A stretch of DNA of 64,000 bases. It comes from Aridibacter sp. (lineage in GTDB: Bacteria > Acidobacteriota > Blastocatellia > Pyrinomonadales > Pyrinomonadaceae). Position numbers and translations under genes: made by a program. The notes beneath the pieces are model-generated. The model did not search any database. It saw only the letters and a program-made list of their open reading frames with translations, and was not told where the DNA came from. Position 1 is the stretch's first letter. Every line of letters starts with the position of its first letter. The DNA is taken from assembly GCA_965216195.1 (NCBI GenBank), contig OZ244151.1, forward strand, positions 2,510,761-2,574,760. The letters run 5' to 3'. Below are positions 19,837 through 28,850 of the stretch, piece after piece.

Positions 19837-20757
19837 CTACTTTTTCTCTTCTGCGTCTTCTGCCTTCTCTTCTTCCTTCACCGCGTTTGGCAAAACACTT
19901 TCATATTTCGGACGCTCCGGCGGATCGTATAGGAGAATCACAACCTCCTGCATCGAATAGATTTTAGCGCTCGGTTTAATAAAAATCTGGTGTGGAACCG
20001 TCGCTGACCCGGTCCTCACTTCCTCTATCTCGCCGAGTCTTAATCCGGGAGGATAAACTCCACCCTGTCCCGTTGTGTAAACGATATCGCCAACCTTTAC
20101 CGGCATGTAACCCGGTACATAGCTCATTTCAACCCGATTTTTCCCAGACCCCTTCACAACGCCGATCGCATTTGAAGTGCCGAGTTCACCGACAATTGCT
20201 CCCATTCCGGATCGTTCGCGTGTAATCATATCGATCTGTGCAGTCAGCGGGCTAACAGCCGTTACACGTCCGACCAATCCACCGTTTACCACAACGGGCA
20301 TATTCAGTTTTACGCCGTCGAGGCTTCCGCGATTAACTACGGCCGTATTAAACCAGGCCGATGGATCACGCCCGATTACCTGCGCTGGCAAAACCGTATA
20401 TTCCGAAGCCTGCTTCAAATCAAGTAAATTCTTGAGTCGCTTGTTTTCAACCGTGAGCTCTTTTGTTTCCTGAACTTCGACTTCGAGTTCTTGAATTTTT
20501 TGTTTTAATTTATCGTTTTCGGATTGAGCGGAGCGTAGGTTAACAAGATATTCAAAATATTCGTTCGCGGCAGTAGTCAATGAGGTGACTGGCGATTGAA
20601 TAAATTGCGCTGCGGCTTGAGCCCAAACTCTGATTACGCGTTCCTCGCTTTCAGCCCGGGCATCGTACGCCATCAAAACGAAATTGCCCAAAAGGAGTGC
20701 CAATAGCAACCAAGGCGTAAGTCGCCAAACTTCTTTTTGACTTCTTTCTACTGCCAT
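19837..20757 (-). CDS. mreC: Rod shape-determining protein MreC
   Basis: N-terminal TM, a coiled-coil (ENDKLKQKIQELEVEVQE) and a beta-barrel C-terminal region. Follows mreB. Confidence 0.9.
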   Translation of the reverse strand: MAVERSQKEVWRLTPWLLLALLLGNFVLMAYDARAESEERVIRVWAQAAAQFIQSPVTSLTTAANEYFEYLVNLRSAQSENDKLKQKIQELEVEVQETKELTVENKRLKNLLDLKQASEYTVLPAQVIGRDPSAWFNTAVVNRGSLDGVKLNMPVVVNGGLVGRVTAVSPLTAQIDMITRERSGMGAIVGELGTSNAIGVVKGSGKNRVEMSYVPGYMPVKVGDIVYTTGQGGVYPPGLRLGEIEEVRTGSATVPHQIFIKPSAKIYSMQEVVILLYDPPERPKYESVLPNAVKEEEKAEDAEEKK

Positions 20758-20777
20758 TACCCAGCGACCAGCGGGCG

Positions 20778-20829
20778 GTGGACAGTGAGCAGCTGCTTTT
20801 CTGACTACTGATCACTGACTACTGACCAC
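20778..20829. repeat. Word-repeat palindromic element in the mreB-mreC spacer
   Basis: GTGGACAGTGAGCAGC...CTGACTACTGATCACTGACTACTGACCAC. The outer arm GTGGACAGT pairs with ACTGACCAC, and CTGA(C/T)(T/C)AC words recur. Confidence 0.4.
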
Positions 20830-20833
20830 TATT

Positions 20834-21880
20834 TTAGCTACCTGTCATTAGGGAATTATCCCATTTCACACGTTTGAGGAGCTCGAAATCGGAAAGCATT
20901 TTTCCGGTTCCAAGTACAACCGACGAAAGGGGATCGTCCGATACGACAACCGGCAAACCGGTTTCAACCATCAGTCTCTTGTCGAGGTTTTTAAGTAATG
21001 CGCCGCCACCGGTTAATACTATTCCGCGCTCGACTATATCGGCCGAAAGCTCAGGGGGCGTCCTTTCAAGCGCAACTCTTACAGCGTTTATTATTGTCGA
21101 AACGGAATCAGAAAGCGCCTCGCGGATTTCTTCGTCTGTGATCGTTACGGTTTTCGGAATTCCCTCAATCAAATTTCGTCCGCGAACTTCCATAGAAAGC
21201 GGTTCTTCGAGCGGGAAACCAGACCCAAGCGCGATCTTAATCGCCTCAGCGGTTCTTTCTCCGATCAGCAAATTATATTTGCGTTTAATATACTGCGTGA
21301 TCGATTCGTCCATTTCGTTACCCGCAACCCTTACGGCACGCGAGTAAACAATTCCCGAAAGAGAAATCACAGCGATATCAGTCGTTCCACCGCCGATATC
21401 GACAACCATATTTCCGTGCGGTTCGGTAATCGGGAGCCCGGCACCAATCGCGGCCGCCATTGCCTCTTCTACTAGATAAACCTCACTTGCCTTTGCGCGA
21501 TAGGCCGAATCTTCAACGGCTCGCCGTTCAACCTGCGTAATCTCCGATGGAATCCCGATCACAACCCTCGGACGAACCCAAGATTTCCCGTTGTGGGCTT
21601 TGCGTATAAAATGCTGAAGCATTTTTTCCGTAACTTCGAAATTCGCGATCACGCCGTCTTTCATCGGACGAATCGCAACGATGTTTCCAGGTGTTCGACC
21701 AAGCATTTCCTTTGCGTCGCGACCAACGGCTTCTACCTGATTCGTTATCTTATTAATCGCAACAATTGATGGCTCACTTACGACAATTCCTCGCCCGCGC
21801 GCATAAACTAGTGTATTCGCTGTGCCAAGATCGATGGCCAGATCGCTTGAAAATAAACTAAATAGAGACTTAAATGGCAT
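20834..21880 (-). CDS. mreB: Rod shape-determining actin homologue MreB
   Basis: [20 protein letters not shown] and LTGGGALL actin-fold motifs. Confidence 0.95.
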   Translation of the reverse strand: MPFKSLFSLFSSDLAIDLGTANTLVYARGRGIVVSEPSIVAINKITNQVEAVGRDAKEMLGRTPGNIVAIRPMKDGVIANFEVTEKMLQHFIRKAHNGKSWVRPRVVIGIPSEITQVERRAVEDSAYRAKASEVYLVEEAMAAAIGAGLPITEPHGNMVVDIGGGTTDIAVISLSGIVYSRAVRVAGNEMDESITQYIKRKYNLLIGERTAEAIKIALGSGFPLEEPLSMEVRGRNLIEGIPKTVTITDEEIREALSDSVSTIINAVRVALERTPPELSADIVERGIVLTGGGALLKNLDKRLMVETGLPVVVSDDPLSSVVLGTGKMLSDFELLKRVKWDNSLMTGS

Positions 21881-22171
21881 TCTTCTTGATAAACTTCTGT
21901 CTAAATTTTGATAATTAATCTGTCGGTTTTTGAAACGAAAAAAAGGATGCCCGAAGCAACTTCGAGCGCCTGTTTGGGGATGACCTTCGCACCAGACAAT
22001 TAATCAATAAGCATACACCAATTTAGTAGGATTTTTCCATCAGACAAGCTTAAAAAACTATTTTATTTTAAAAAAATCACGGGGGGATTGGAATGAGGAA
22101 ACCCACAGTATCACGAGCACATTTTCAGCGTTGCAAAATCACCGAGGCAAACACCCAATTTGCTTACCTAT

Positions 22172-24061
22172 TTACTTGCGCAACCGCGTTTCGAGGTTAT
22201 TTTCCTTAAGAGAGTTACCTGTCGCTCGCTGGAGCTCAGCGATTGCTTTGTTAAGTTCAATCCTTGCCTGTAGTTCCATGCTTCGCGCAACGATCAAGGC
22301 GGTTTGCCGCTCCAATACCTTATAAATATCCGATAATCCCTCGTTTAACTTTCGCTGTTCGGATTCGTGTTGCTTTTCGCTGTTTTCCCGGGAAATCGCT
22401 GCGGATCTTAATCTCGCTTCAGCAGTTTTTATCGATTGGAGCGCGTTTCTTACGTCAACCTGAATTGCTTGTTCGAGTTGCTGTCTTTGAACCTCAATCC
22501 GCTCGCCCTGTACCAGACTCTTCCCAAGAAACGCTCGCTGAGCCTTGCCATCGGGAGCAAATCTAAACGATACCCCTACTCTAAAAGTAGGGTAGCGATT
22601 CGCAAAAATATCGCTTACAGAGCTAAAATAACCTCCAGTCAAACTGCCTGGCACACTTTGCGGAGGCGCGATCGGTAAAGGGTTGATTGGTTGCATCGTT
22701 GGGTCCAAAGCATTGGCTCTTACAATCACTTCGTTGAGTTTTTCAGTCGAAGCTGTGTTTGAGAAAAAGCTTGCGGCGTCCGGGTTCGCTGTTCCCGAAA
22801 TTCCATTGGATGTATAGCTCGCTACGAAATTGATCTCTGGATCGAGTGCTTCCTTGTAAAAACGCTGATCGTATTCGTTGATCTTTTTCGAAACATCGAG
22901 AATATCCACCTCGATTCTGTTTTCAAAAGCAAGCTCGAGAGCCTCCGGTAAAGAAGTTTTCGGCTTATCGAGCTCAACTTCATCAGTCGGGACAAGCGAT
23001 TCGCTCCAAATCGGATCATTTCGATCCTCTGCGATCAGGCCTTTCAAAACATTCTCAGCGCGGTTTACATTCTCAAGCGCTATGTAAACATTTTGCTCCA
23101 GATTCGCAACCTGAGTTTGGGCGGCGATAATATCTACCGGTGCCAAAACTCCTTCATTTACGAGCCTCCGATTATGTGCGAGCTGTTGTTTCGCGTCGCG
23201 TACTCCCTCTTTCTGAACCTGCAGGTTTCGAAGTGTGTATGTTAAATCCCAATAGGCACGCTGCACGGTAACCGTAATCTCGATCGCCTTCTTTCGAAAC
23301 TGTTTGTCGGTCAGCGATAGGTTTTGCTTCGCGAGTTCAATTACGCGGCGCAGGTCATCGCTTTTTCTCCCGCGAAAAAGCGGTTGGGTGACCTTAAACT
23401 GAAACGAAGAATCGAATTGCGGGCTGAGAATTGAGATTGGATTGTCAGTAGTAAACCGTCGATTCTTGAAGCTAAATTCATATTGCGTTCCGTGTTTTTT
23501 TAGTATGCCTTGATAGCTAATGTCGGCAACGATTGAGGTGTTTGTCGTCGTCGGGCTTGGATTAAAAATGCTCACATTTGGCGAAACTGCTCGTTCGAAA
23601 TAGCTGTTCCCTACAATTCGCGGCGTGAAAGCCAGGTCAGACGCCTGTAAATCAAATTCCGCGATCTTCACGTCCTTTCGAGACACTTCAATATCCTTGT
23701 TGTTTTCAAGGGCTTTGACAATTGCTTCGCGCAGTGCGATCGGTCGTTGAGACAACATATCTACCCCAACCCTACCCAGTTCCGGAAGTTGCTTATCGGC
23801 GCTTTCATAATCAGGTGCAATGCTCGGCACACCCTTCAAATTTTCCGGTTTTACGTTCCGTCCGTCTTGGACCCCTTTTACGGGCGTCGGAATCGGAGTC
23901 GGTGTTACCGAGGGAGAAACACTTTTCGCAGCCGAGATTGGCGTTGGGGTCGGTGTTGGAGTAGGCGTCGGGCTTTGCGCATATCGCTCAGCCGAGCCGA
24001 ATAGAGTCAGTGCCGGCAATAAAATTAACGTGTACGAAATACTGTGTATGTACTGCTTCAT
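22172..24061 (-). CDS. TolC-family outer membrane efflux protein
   Basis: Signal peptide, then a (PT)n linker SPTPTPTPTPTP, then two OEP-type repeats. Last gene of the RND operon. Confidence 0.88.
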   Translation of the reverse strand: MKQYIHSISYTLILLPALTLFGSAERYAQSPTPTPTPTPTPISAAKSVSPSVTPTPIPTPVKGVQDGRNVKPENLKGVPSIAPDYESADKQLPELGRVGVDMLSQRPIALREAIVKALENNKDIEVSRKDVKIAEFDLQASDLAFTPRIVGNSYFERAVSPNVSIFNPSPTTTNTSIVADISYQGILKKHGTQYEFSFKNRRFTTDNPISILSPQFDSSFQFKVTQPLFRGRKSDDLRRVIELAKQNLSLTDKQFRKKAIEITVTVQRAYWDLTYTLRNLQVQKEGVRDAKQQLAHNRRLVNEGVLAPVDIIAAQTQVANLEQNVYIALENVNRAENVLKGLIAEDRNDPIWSESLVPTDEVELDKPKTSLPEALELAFENRIEVDILDVSKKINEYDQRFYKEALDPEINFVASYTSNGISGTANPDAASFFSNTASTEKLNEVIVRANALDPTMQPINPLPIAPPQSVPGSLTGGYFSSVSDIFANRYPTFRVGVSFRFAPDGKAQRAFLGKSLVQGERIEVQRQQLEQAIQVDVRNALQSIKTAEARLRSAAISRENSEKQHESEQRKLNEGLSDIYKVLERQTALIVARSMELQARIELNKAIAELQRATGNSLKENNLETRLRK

Positions 24062-24082
24062 AAACTCAAACCTCTCAAAGGT

Positions 24083-24511
24083 TTAACCAATAAACTGTGT
24101 ATAAATAAATCCACCTAAAATAAAAATTAACCCGCCGATTTCGCCCGCTATCAGGGTGTACATAAAGTACGTTGTCGCAAAATTTCTTTCGCTAAACATA
24201 TTTTCGGTCCGGTTTAGGAAACCTTCTGTCACGTAAGCGATTACTGTTATCGCAAAATAGGCCAATGGAAACCCAATAATCACGAGCTGCCAAACAACGC
24301 GAAACGGCGAAAAATAAATCAAAGCGGCGATTACCAAACTCGCAAAGCTGTAAAAGAAAGATGTGCGATGAGCAATATCGACGTAGACCGGTGCTCGGTG
24401 CTTACGCGAACTCATTATCTTCGAGTATTTCCAAACACCGGTAACCATCCCGCTTAATAGAAACAGCCCTGAAAATAGCAGCGAGATTTTTACTGCCAAC
24501 GGTAGAATCAT
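24083..24511 (-). CDS. Four-TM membrane protein, function unknown
   Basis: Four hydrophobic segments. The start ATG directly abuts the stop of the upstream SRPBCC gene. Confidence 0.65.
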   Translation of the reverse strand: MILPLAVKISLLFSGLFLLSGMVTGVWKYSKIMSSRKHRAPVYVDIAHRTSFFYSFASLVIAALIYFSPFRVVWQLVIIGFPLAYFAITVIAYVTEGFLNRTENMFSERNFATTYFMYTLIAGEIGGLIFILGGFIYTQFIG

Positions 24512-24955
24512 CTATAAAGCCTCCACCCTTTTTTTGATCGCCTCATTCATCAATCGATAACCTTTCTGAATTTTTTCGCCCTGGATCGCCCAAATCAACC
24601 GAACCATCCACCCTGAAAAATCTTCCCCGTGAATAAACTTTACACGCCCTTCTCCAAGCTCCTCGATCATATAAAAATGCTCGCCGCGAAATATACCGAG
24701 CGGCATTTTGCCGACCCAGCGAAGTTCGCGATTTGGTTCCGCCTTTAGAATCGTTGGCGTAAACTTCTGCGCCTGAGCATCCGGTATTTGTACATCGATC
24801 TTTACCTTCTCGCCTTCTTTTGGCTTGCCAACAACGGATGTCACAAACGGATTCCACTCCCCAAACGAATCAAAATCCGTTAAGACGCTCCAAACTTTCT
24901 CCGCCGGAGCATTGATCACAATCTCGGTTCTTATCTGCTTTTTCATTCTCGCCAA
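24512..24955 (-). CDS. SRPBCC (START/Bet v1-like) ligand-binding family protein
   Basis: ~147 aa. The pattern EKVWSVLTDFDSFGEWNPFV...VGK...W is typical of the polyketide-cyclase/SRPBCC fold. Confidence 0.75.
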   Translation of the reverse strand: MARMKKQIRTEIVINAPAEKVWSVLTDFDSFGEWNPFVTSVVGKPKEGEKVKIDVQIPDAQAQKFTPTILKAEPNRELRWVGKMPLGIFRGEHFYMIEELGEGRVKFIHGEDFSGWMVRLIWAIQGEKIQKGYRLMNEAIKKRVEAL

Positions 24956-24965
24956 TAAACCCGAT

Positions 24966-27900
24966 CTATTTTCCTAATAGATTCGTTATCGAACTCGCCG
25001 TCTCCGCCGTCTTTCTACGCACAACCTCCATCCCTTTTGTCATACCCTGAAAAACCTTCAGATTGCCCAGATCATCGAAATAGGAGTAGAAAACCGGTAC
25101 CGCCAAGAGCGTCAGCAAAAGGCAAAGCGCCTGTCCGCCAACGATCAAGACACCTACCGACCGGTTCGTTCCCGCACCCGCACCAGAGGAAAGTACGAGC
25201 GGCATCATTCCCGCAATCAAGGCAATTGTCGTCATCAAAATCGGCCGCAAACGATCACGGTTACCCTGCATGATTGCGTCGTGACGGCTTAGCCCCTTCT
25301 CTCTCAGGTTGCTGATATGGTCGATCACCAGAATCGCGTTTTTCTTAACCACTCCGAAAAGCAGGAGCAGCCCAAGCCCTGAGAAAATATTCACAGTTTG
25401 CCCGGCAATCAGGATCGAGAGAATCCCAAACGGAACGGCAATCGGAAGTGTCAACAGAATCGTAACTGGGTGGATAAACGATTCGAATTGCGCCGCCAAA
25501 ACGATGTACATGAAAATGAACGACAGAATAATCGCGAGCAAGAAATAGAACCCCGCCTTGCCGAGTTCCTTCGATTGCCCGACGTATCCAGCCTTATATC
25601 CTGGCGGAACATTGAGATCCTTAACCGCCCGATCCAAATCTGCTGTGATCGCTGTCGCCGATCCGCCCGGTCTCGTGTTGGCAAGTATTGTTACCTGCCT
25701 CTGCCGGTTGATCCGGTCGATCGCCGATGGGCCGGTTCCCTCTTTCGCTTTTACGACGTTGTCGAGAGTTACCGTTCCCAGTTTTGTCGAGGGAACGACT
25801 AGTTTCTCTAGACTTTCAATATTGCTCCTTGAATCGGTTTTCGCCCTTACGTGAACCTCGTATTGATCGGTCCCCTCGTTAAAGGTCGTCGCCTGCTGTC
25901 CTGCAACCAGGATATTCAGCGCCTGCGAAACATCGCCGACTCTTACGCCCAAATCAGCCGCCTTTTTCCGATCTACCTCGAGCTGCAACTCAGGCTTTCC
26001 GCTAATCAGCGTTGTATCTACATCGACCGCATCTTTGTTGTTTTTCAAAACCTCAACGAGTTTTTCAGAATATTTCTCAAGCTGTTTCAAATCGGGCCCG
26101 CCGATTACAAACTGAACGTTCGCGTTTCTAAAACCACCGCCCGAAAACGCCTGAACGATCTGGACCGCCGTTCTAAGATCAGGTGGATATTTCGCCAGCA
26201 GATCACGCGCCGCAGCCATCAATTCTTCCTGTGATTTCGAGCGGTCGCCGACTTCGGTTAACTTGACGTAGATAGTACCTGCATTTACAACCCTTTGCTG
26301 CCCACCGCCGACCGTAATTAGCGTGTCCGTGACTCCTTCGAGTTTGCGTATGTCGGTCGCGATTCGCTCCATCAAAACCGTCGAGGCTTGAAGCGAGGCA
26401 CCTTCCGTAGTTCTGACAGAGACTTCGAATTGCGACTCATCATCTACCGGCAAAAAGTTCTTACCGACAAACATAAACAGCGGAATGATGCTTAAAACTA
26501 CCAGCAAACAAGCCAACGCGATCACCCAACGATGGCTCATCGAAAACTCAAGCATCTTCGCGTATGTCCGGTCAATGAGCTTGTAAAAACGCCCATCCTT
26601 ACTCCCGCTTTCGACCACTGTCGCGGGTGCGGAGTTCCGAGTTTCGGGTTCAGCGCTATCTGATCCATCTTCCGCTTCCTCGTTCAAGATAAGAGTTTCT
26701 TCCGCATCAGTTTTAGTTTCATTTGTGATAGCCGCTTCGTTTTCTGATTCAGCCTTACTCAAATTGGCCCGCTGAGACTCCGCATCATCCCCGCCGCTTA
26801 TTAACGCTTTGGGTTCTGTGTCCTCTTCCAACTCTGAACCCTGAACTCCAAACTCCGAACTTTCTTCCTTCGGTTTCCATTTGATCAAACGGGCTGCCAT
26901 CATCGGCGTCAGCGTAAAAGAAACGATCAGTGAAACTCCGATCGCGAATGCCGAGGTCAGTCCAAAACTCGACATAAAACGTCCGACGATTCCGCCCATA
27001 AAACCGATCGGCACAAATACTGCCATCAGCGACAGTGTCGTTGCCAAAACTGCAAGACCTATTTCCCGTGTACCCTCAATCGCTGCTCGATAGGGCGACA
27101 TCCCCTTTTCCTCTATGAAACGATAGATGTTTTCGAGCACCACGATCGCATCGTCAACGACGATTCCGACCATCAAAGTAAGCGACAGCATAGTGATCAT
27201 GTTGAGCGTATAACCCATTACATACATTGCCGCAAATGTTGATATGATTGAAGTTGGAATAGCAATTGCCGCGATCAGAGTTGAGCGGAAATTCCAAAGA
27301 AAGAGGAAAATTACAATCGTCGCGAGAATACTTCCGATGATTAAATGCTCTTCGATTGCTTCAAGAGATGCTTCAATGTTTAGAGAATTATCACCTACTA
27401 CCTGAAGCTTATATCCCTTCGGCAGGGTCGGCTCAATCTCCTTTAGAACCTCCTTAACCTCATGAGCAACTGCGACTGTATTTTGTCCGGATTGTTTCGA
27501 AACAATTAGCGTGACAGCCGGTTTACCGTTTAAGAAAGACTGCGAACGCAATTCCTCCGTCCCATCCTCAACCGTACCAATGTCTTTTATCTTTACTTCG
27601 TAACCGCCACGATTCGCGACGATTAAATTCTCAAAATCTTCAACCTTGCGAATCTTACCCAGTGTCCGTATGTTTACTTCGCGGGCGCCTTCATCAATCC
27701 TTCCCCCGGGAAATTCTATGTTCTGAATCCGCATCGCAGCGGTTACTTCAACCGGCGTAATATTGAAGGAACGCATTTTTGCTGGATCAACCCAAACATT
27801 TATTTGTCGGTCGCGCCCGCCAACGATCTGTATCTGCCCGACACCATTTACCGATTCGATCCGTTCTTTAACTTCCTTCTTCGCAACCTCGGTTACGTTT

Positions 27901-28352
27901 TTAAGACTCGTATTTGCCGCAACCACAATTCGCAGAACGGGCGCCGCGCCTGAATCAAGCTTTAAAACCGTCGGCTGCTCTGCCGTTTCTGGAAGATTCG
28001 GAATTACGGTCTGTATCTTATTTTCAACCTCTTGCGCCGCAACATTTACGTCCTTCGAGAGTTGAAACTGAACAAACACCTGACTGATCCCTTCAATCGA
28101 AGTAGACCGCAATTCGTCTATTCCGCTAACCGTATTGGCCGCTTCCTCGATTTTCTCAGTAATCTCGGTTTCGATTTCCACAGGAGACGCTCCCGGGTTT
28201 ACGGTCGTAACCGTAATCGTCGGAAAGTCCACCTCAGGAAATAAATCTACTCCCAAAGAGAAAAACGAAAATGCCCCTACAACAACGAGTGATAAAATCA
28301 GCATCGTTGCAAAAACCGGACGCTTAACACATATTTCTGCTAACCACTGCAT
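24966..28352 (-). CDS. RND (AcrB/HAE1-type) efflux permease with a long acidic insertion in the TM6-TM7 linker
   Basis: N-terminus MQWLAEICVKRPVFATMLILSLVVVG and 12-TM RND architecture. At 1128 aa it is ~80-100 aa longer than usual, owing to the segment EESSEFGVQGSELEEDTEPK...AEPETRNSAP. Confidence 0.93.
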   Translation of the reverse strand: MQWLAEICVKRPVFATMLILSLVVVGAFSFFSLGVDLFPEVDFPTITVTTVNPGASPVEIETEITEKIEEAANTVSGIDELRSTSIEGISQVFVQFQLSKDVNVAAQEVENKIQTVIPNLPETAEQPTVLKLDSGAAPVLRIVVAANTSLKNVTEVAKKEVKERIESVNGVGQIQIVGGRDRQINVWVDPAKMRSFNITPVEVTAAMRIQNIEFPGGRIDEGAREVNIRTLGKIRKVEDFENLIVANRGGYEVKIKDIGTVEDGTEELRSQSFLNGKPAVTLIVSKQSGQNTVAVAHEVKEVLKEIEPTLPKGYKLQVVGDNSLNIEASLEAIEEHLIIGSILATIVIFLFLWNFRSTLIAAIAIPTSIISTFAAMYVMGYTLNMITMLSLTLMVGIVVDDAIVVLENIYRFIEEKGMSPYRAAIEGTREIGLAVLATTLSLMAVFVPIGFMGGIVGRFMSSFGLTSAFAIGVSLIVSFTLTPMMAARLIKWKPKEESSEFGVQGSELEEDTEPKALISGGDDAESQRANLSKAESENEAAITNETKTDAEETLILNEEAEDGSDSAEPETRNSAPATVVESGSKDGRFYKLIDRTYAKMLEFSMSHRWVIALACLLVVLSIIPLFMFVGKNFLPVDDESQFEVSVRTTEGASLQASTVLMERIATDIRKLEGVTDTLITVGGGQQRVVNAGTIYVKLTEVGDRSKSQEELMAAARDLLAKYPPDLRTAVQIVQAFSGGGFRNANVQFVIGGPDLKQLEKYSEKLVEVLKNNKDAVDVDTTLISGKPELQLEVDRKKAADLGVRVGDVSQALNILVAGQQATTFNEGTDQYEVHVRAKTDSRSNIESLEKLVVPSTKLGTVTLDNVVKAKEGTGPSAIDRINRQRQVTILANTRPGGSATAITADLDRAVKDLNVPPGYKAGYVGQSKELGKAGFYFLLAIILSFIFMYIVLAAQFESFIHPVTILLTLPIAVPFGILSILIAGQTVNIFSGLGLLLLFGVVKKNAILVIDHISNLREKGLSRHDAIMQGNRDRLRPILMTTIALIAGMMPLVLSSGAGAGTNRSVGVLIVGGQALCLLLTLLAVPVFYSYFDDLGNLKVFQGMTKGMEVVRRKTAETASSITNLLGK
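26631..26859. repeat. Intragenic, in-frame copy of the GTTCAGAG-word inverted-repeat element
   Basis: Left arm GGAGTTCCGAGTTTCGGGTTCAG (26631-26653). Right arm CTCTGAACCCTGAACTCCAAACTCCGAAC (26831-26859). These are the same words and the same inverted arrangement as the arms flanking the four-helix-bundle gene at 28360/28809. Confidence 0.55.
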
Positions 28353-28359
28353 AATTACT

Positions 28360-28395
28360 GGTGGTTCAGAGTTTAGGGTTTGGAGTTCTGAGTTC
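28360..28395. repeat. Left inverted arm of four-helix-bundle gene cassette
   Basis: GGTGGTTCAGAGTTTAGGGTTTGGAGTTCTGAGTTC. It aligns at roughly 80 percent (by eye) with the reverse complement of 28809-28850. Confidence 0.6.
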
Positions 28396-28397
28396 TT

Positions 28398-28787
28398 CTA
28401 CTTGAACTTACTTCCCTTTAAATCTGAACCTCTAAGATACTTAATAAAACCACCTAGCAAGCTGCCAATTTCACTCAGTTCTTTATAGATTTCGTCAAAC
28501 TGTTCTTGCGTTAAATAATCCTGGTCAAATGCAACATAGAGTTGCGAACGGGTTTCTGCACAAGATGCTTTAGCAATCGTCAGGAAATTAACGAACTCCC
28601 TGTTTCCTTCCCGTTCGAATCCCTCGGCAATATTCGACATGATCGAAACAGTCGAACGCCGGATTTGGTCACGCAGTGCAAAATCCCTGCTAAACTCGCC
28701 AACTTTCGTCAAAGCATAAATTTTGCCGGTCGCCGTCCGAGCAAGCTGCCAGGATTTAATGTCTTCAAATTTCTCGATCTTCGCCAT
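28398..28787 (-). CDS. Four-helix-bundle protein (23S rRNA intervening-sequence protein family)
   Basis: FEDIKSWQLAR...IRRSTVSIMSNIAEGFER...FLTIAKASCAETRSQL is the signature of this family. It sits between the MFP and RND genes. Confidence 0.88.
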   Translation of the reverse strand: MAKIEKFEDIKSWQLARTATGKIYALTKVGEFSRDFALRDQIRRSTVSIMSNIAEGFEREGNREFVNFLTIAKASCAETRSQLYVAFDQDYLTQEQFDEIYKELSEIGSLLGGFIKYLRGSDLKGSKFK

Positions 28788-28808
28788 TTTTAGCTGATAC
28801 TACTTTCT

Positions 28809-28850
28809 TGACCCTGAACCCCGAACTCTGAACCCTAAACCCGAACCCTC
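28809..28850. repeat. Right inverted arm of four-helix-bundle gene cassette
   Basis: TGACCCTGAACCCCGAACTCTGAACCCTAAACCCGAACCCTC. It abuts the MFP stop codon. Confidence 0.6.

Noticed and set aside
21881-22171. The 290-bp mreB-TolC spacer, examined for ncRNA, sigma-54 or terminator signals.
   Set aside because: I could identify no convincing hairpin with a T-run, no TGGCAC-N5-TTGC, and no conserved RNA motif (RNase P, SRP or tmRNA signatures).
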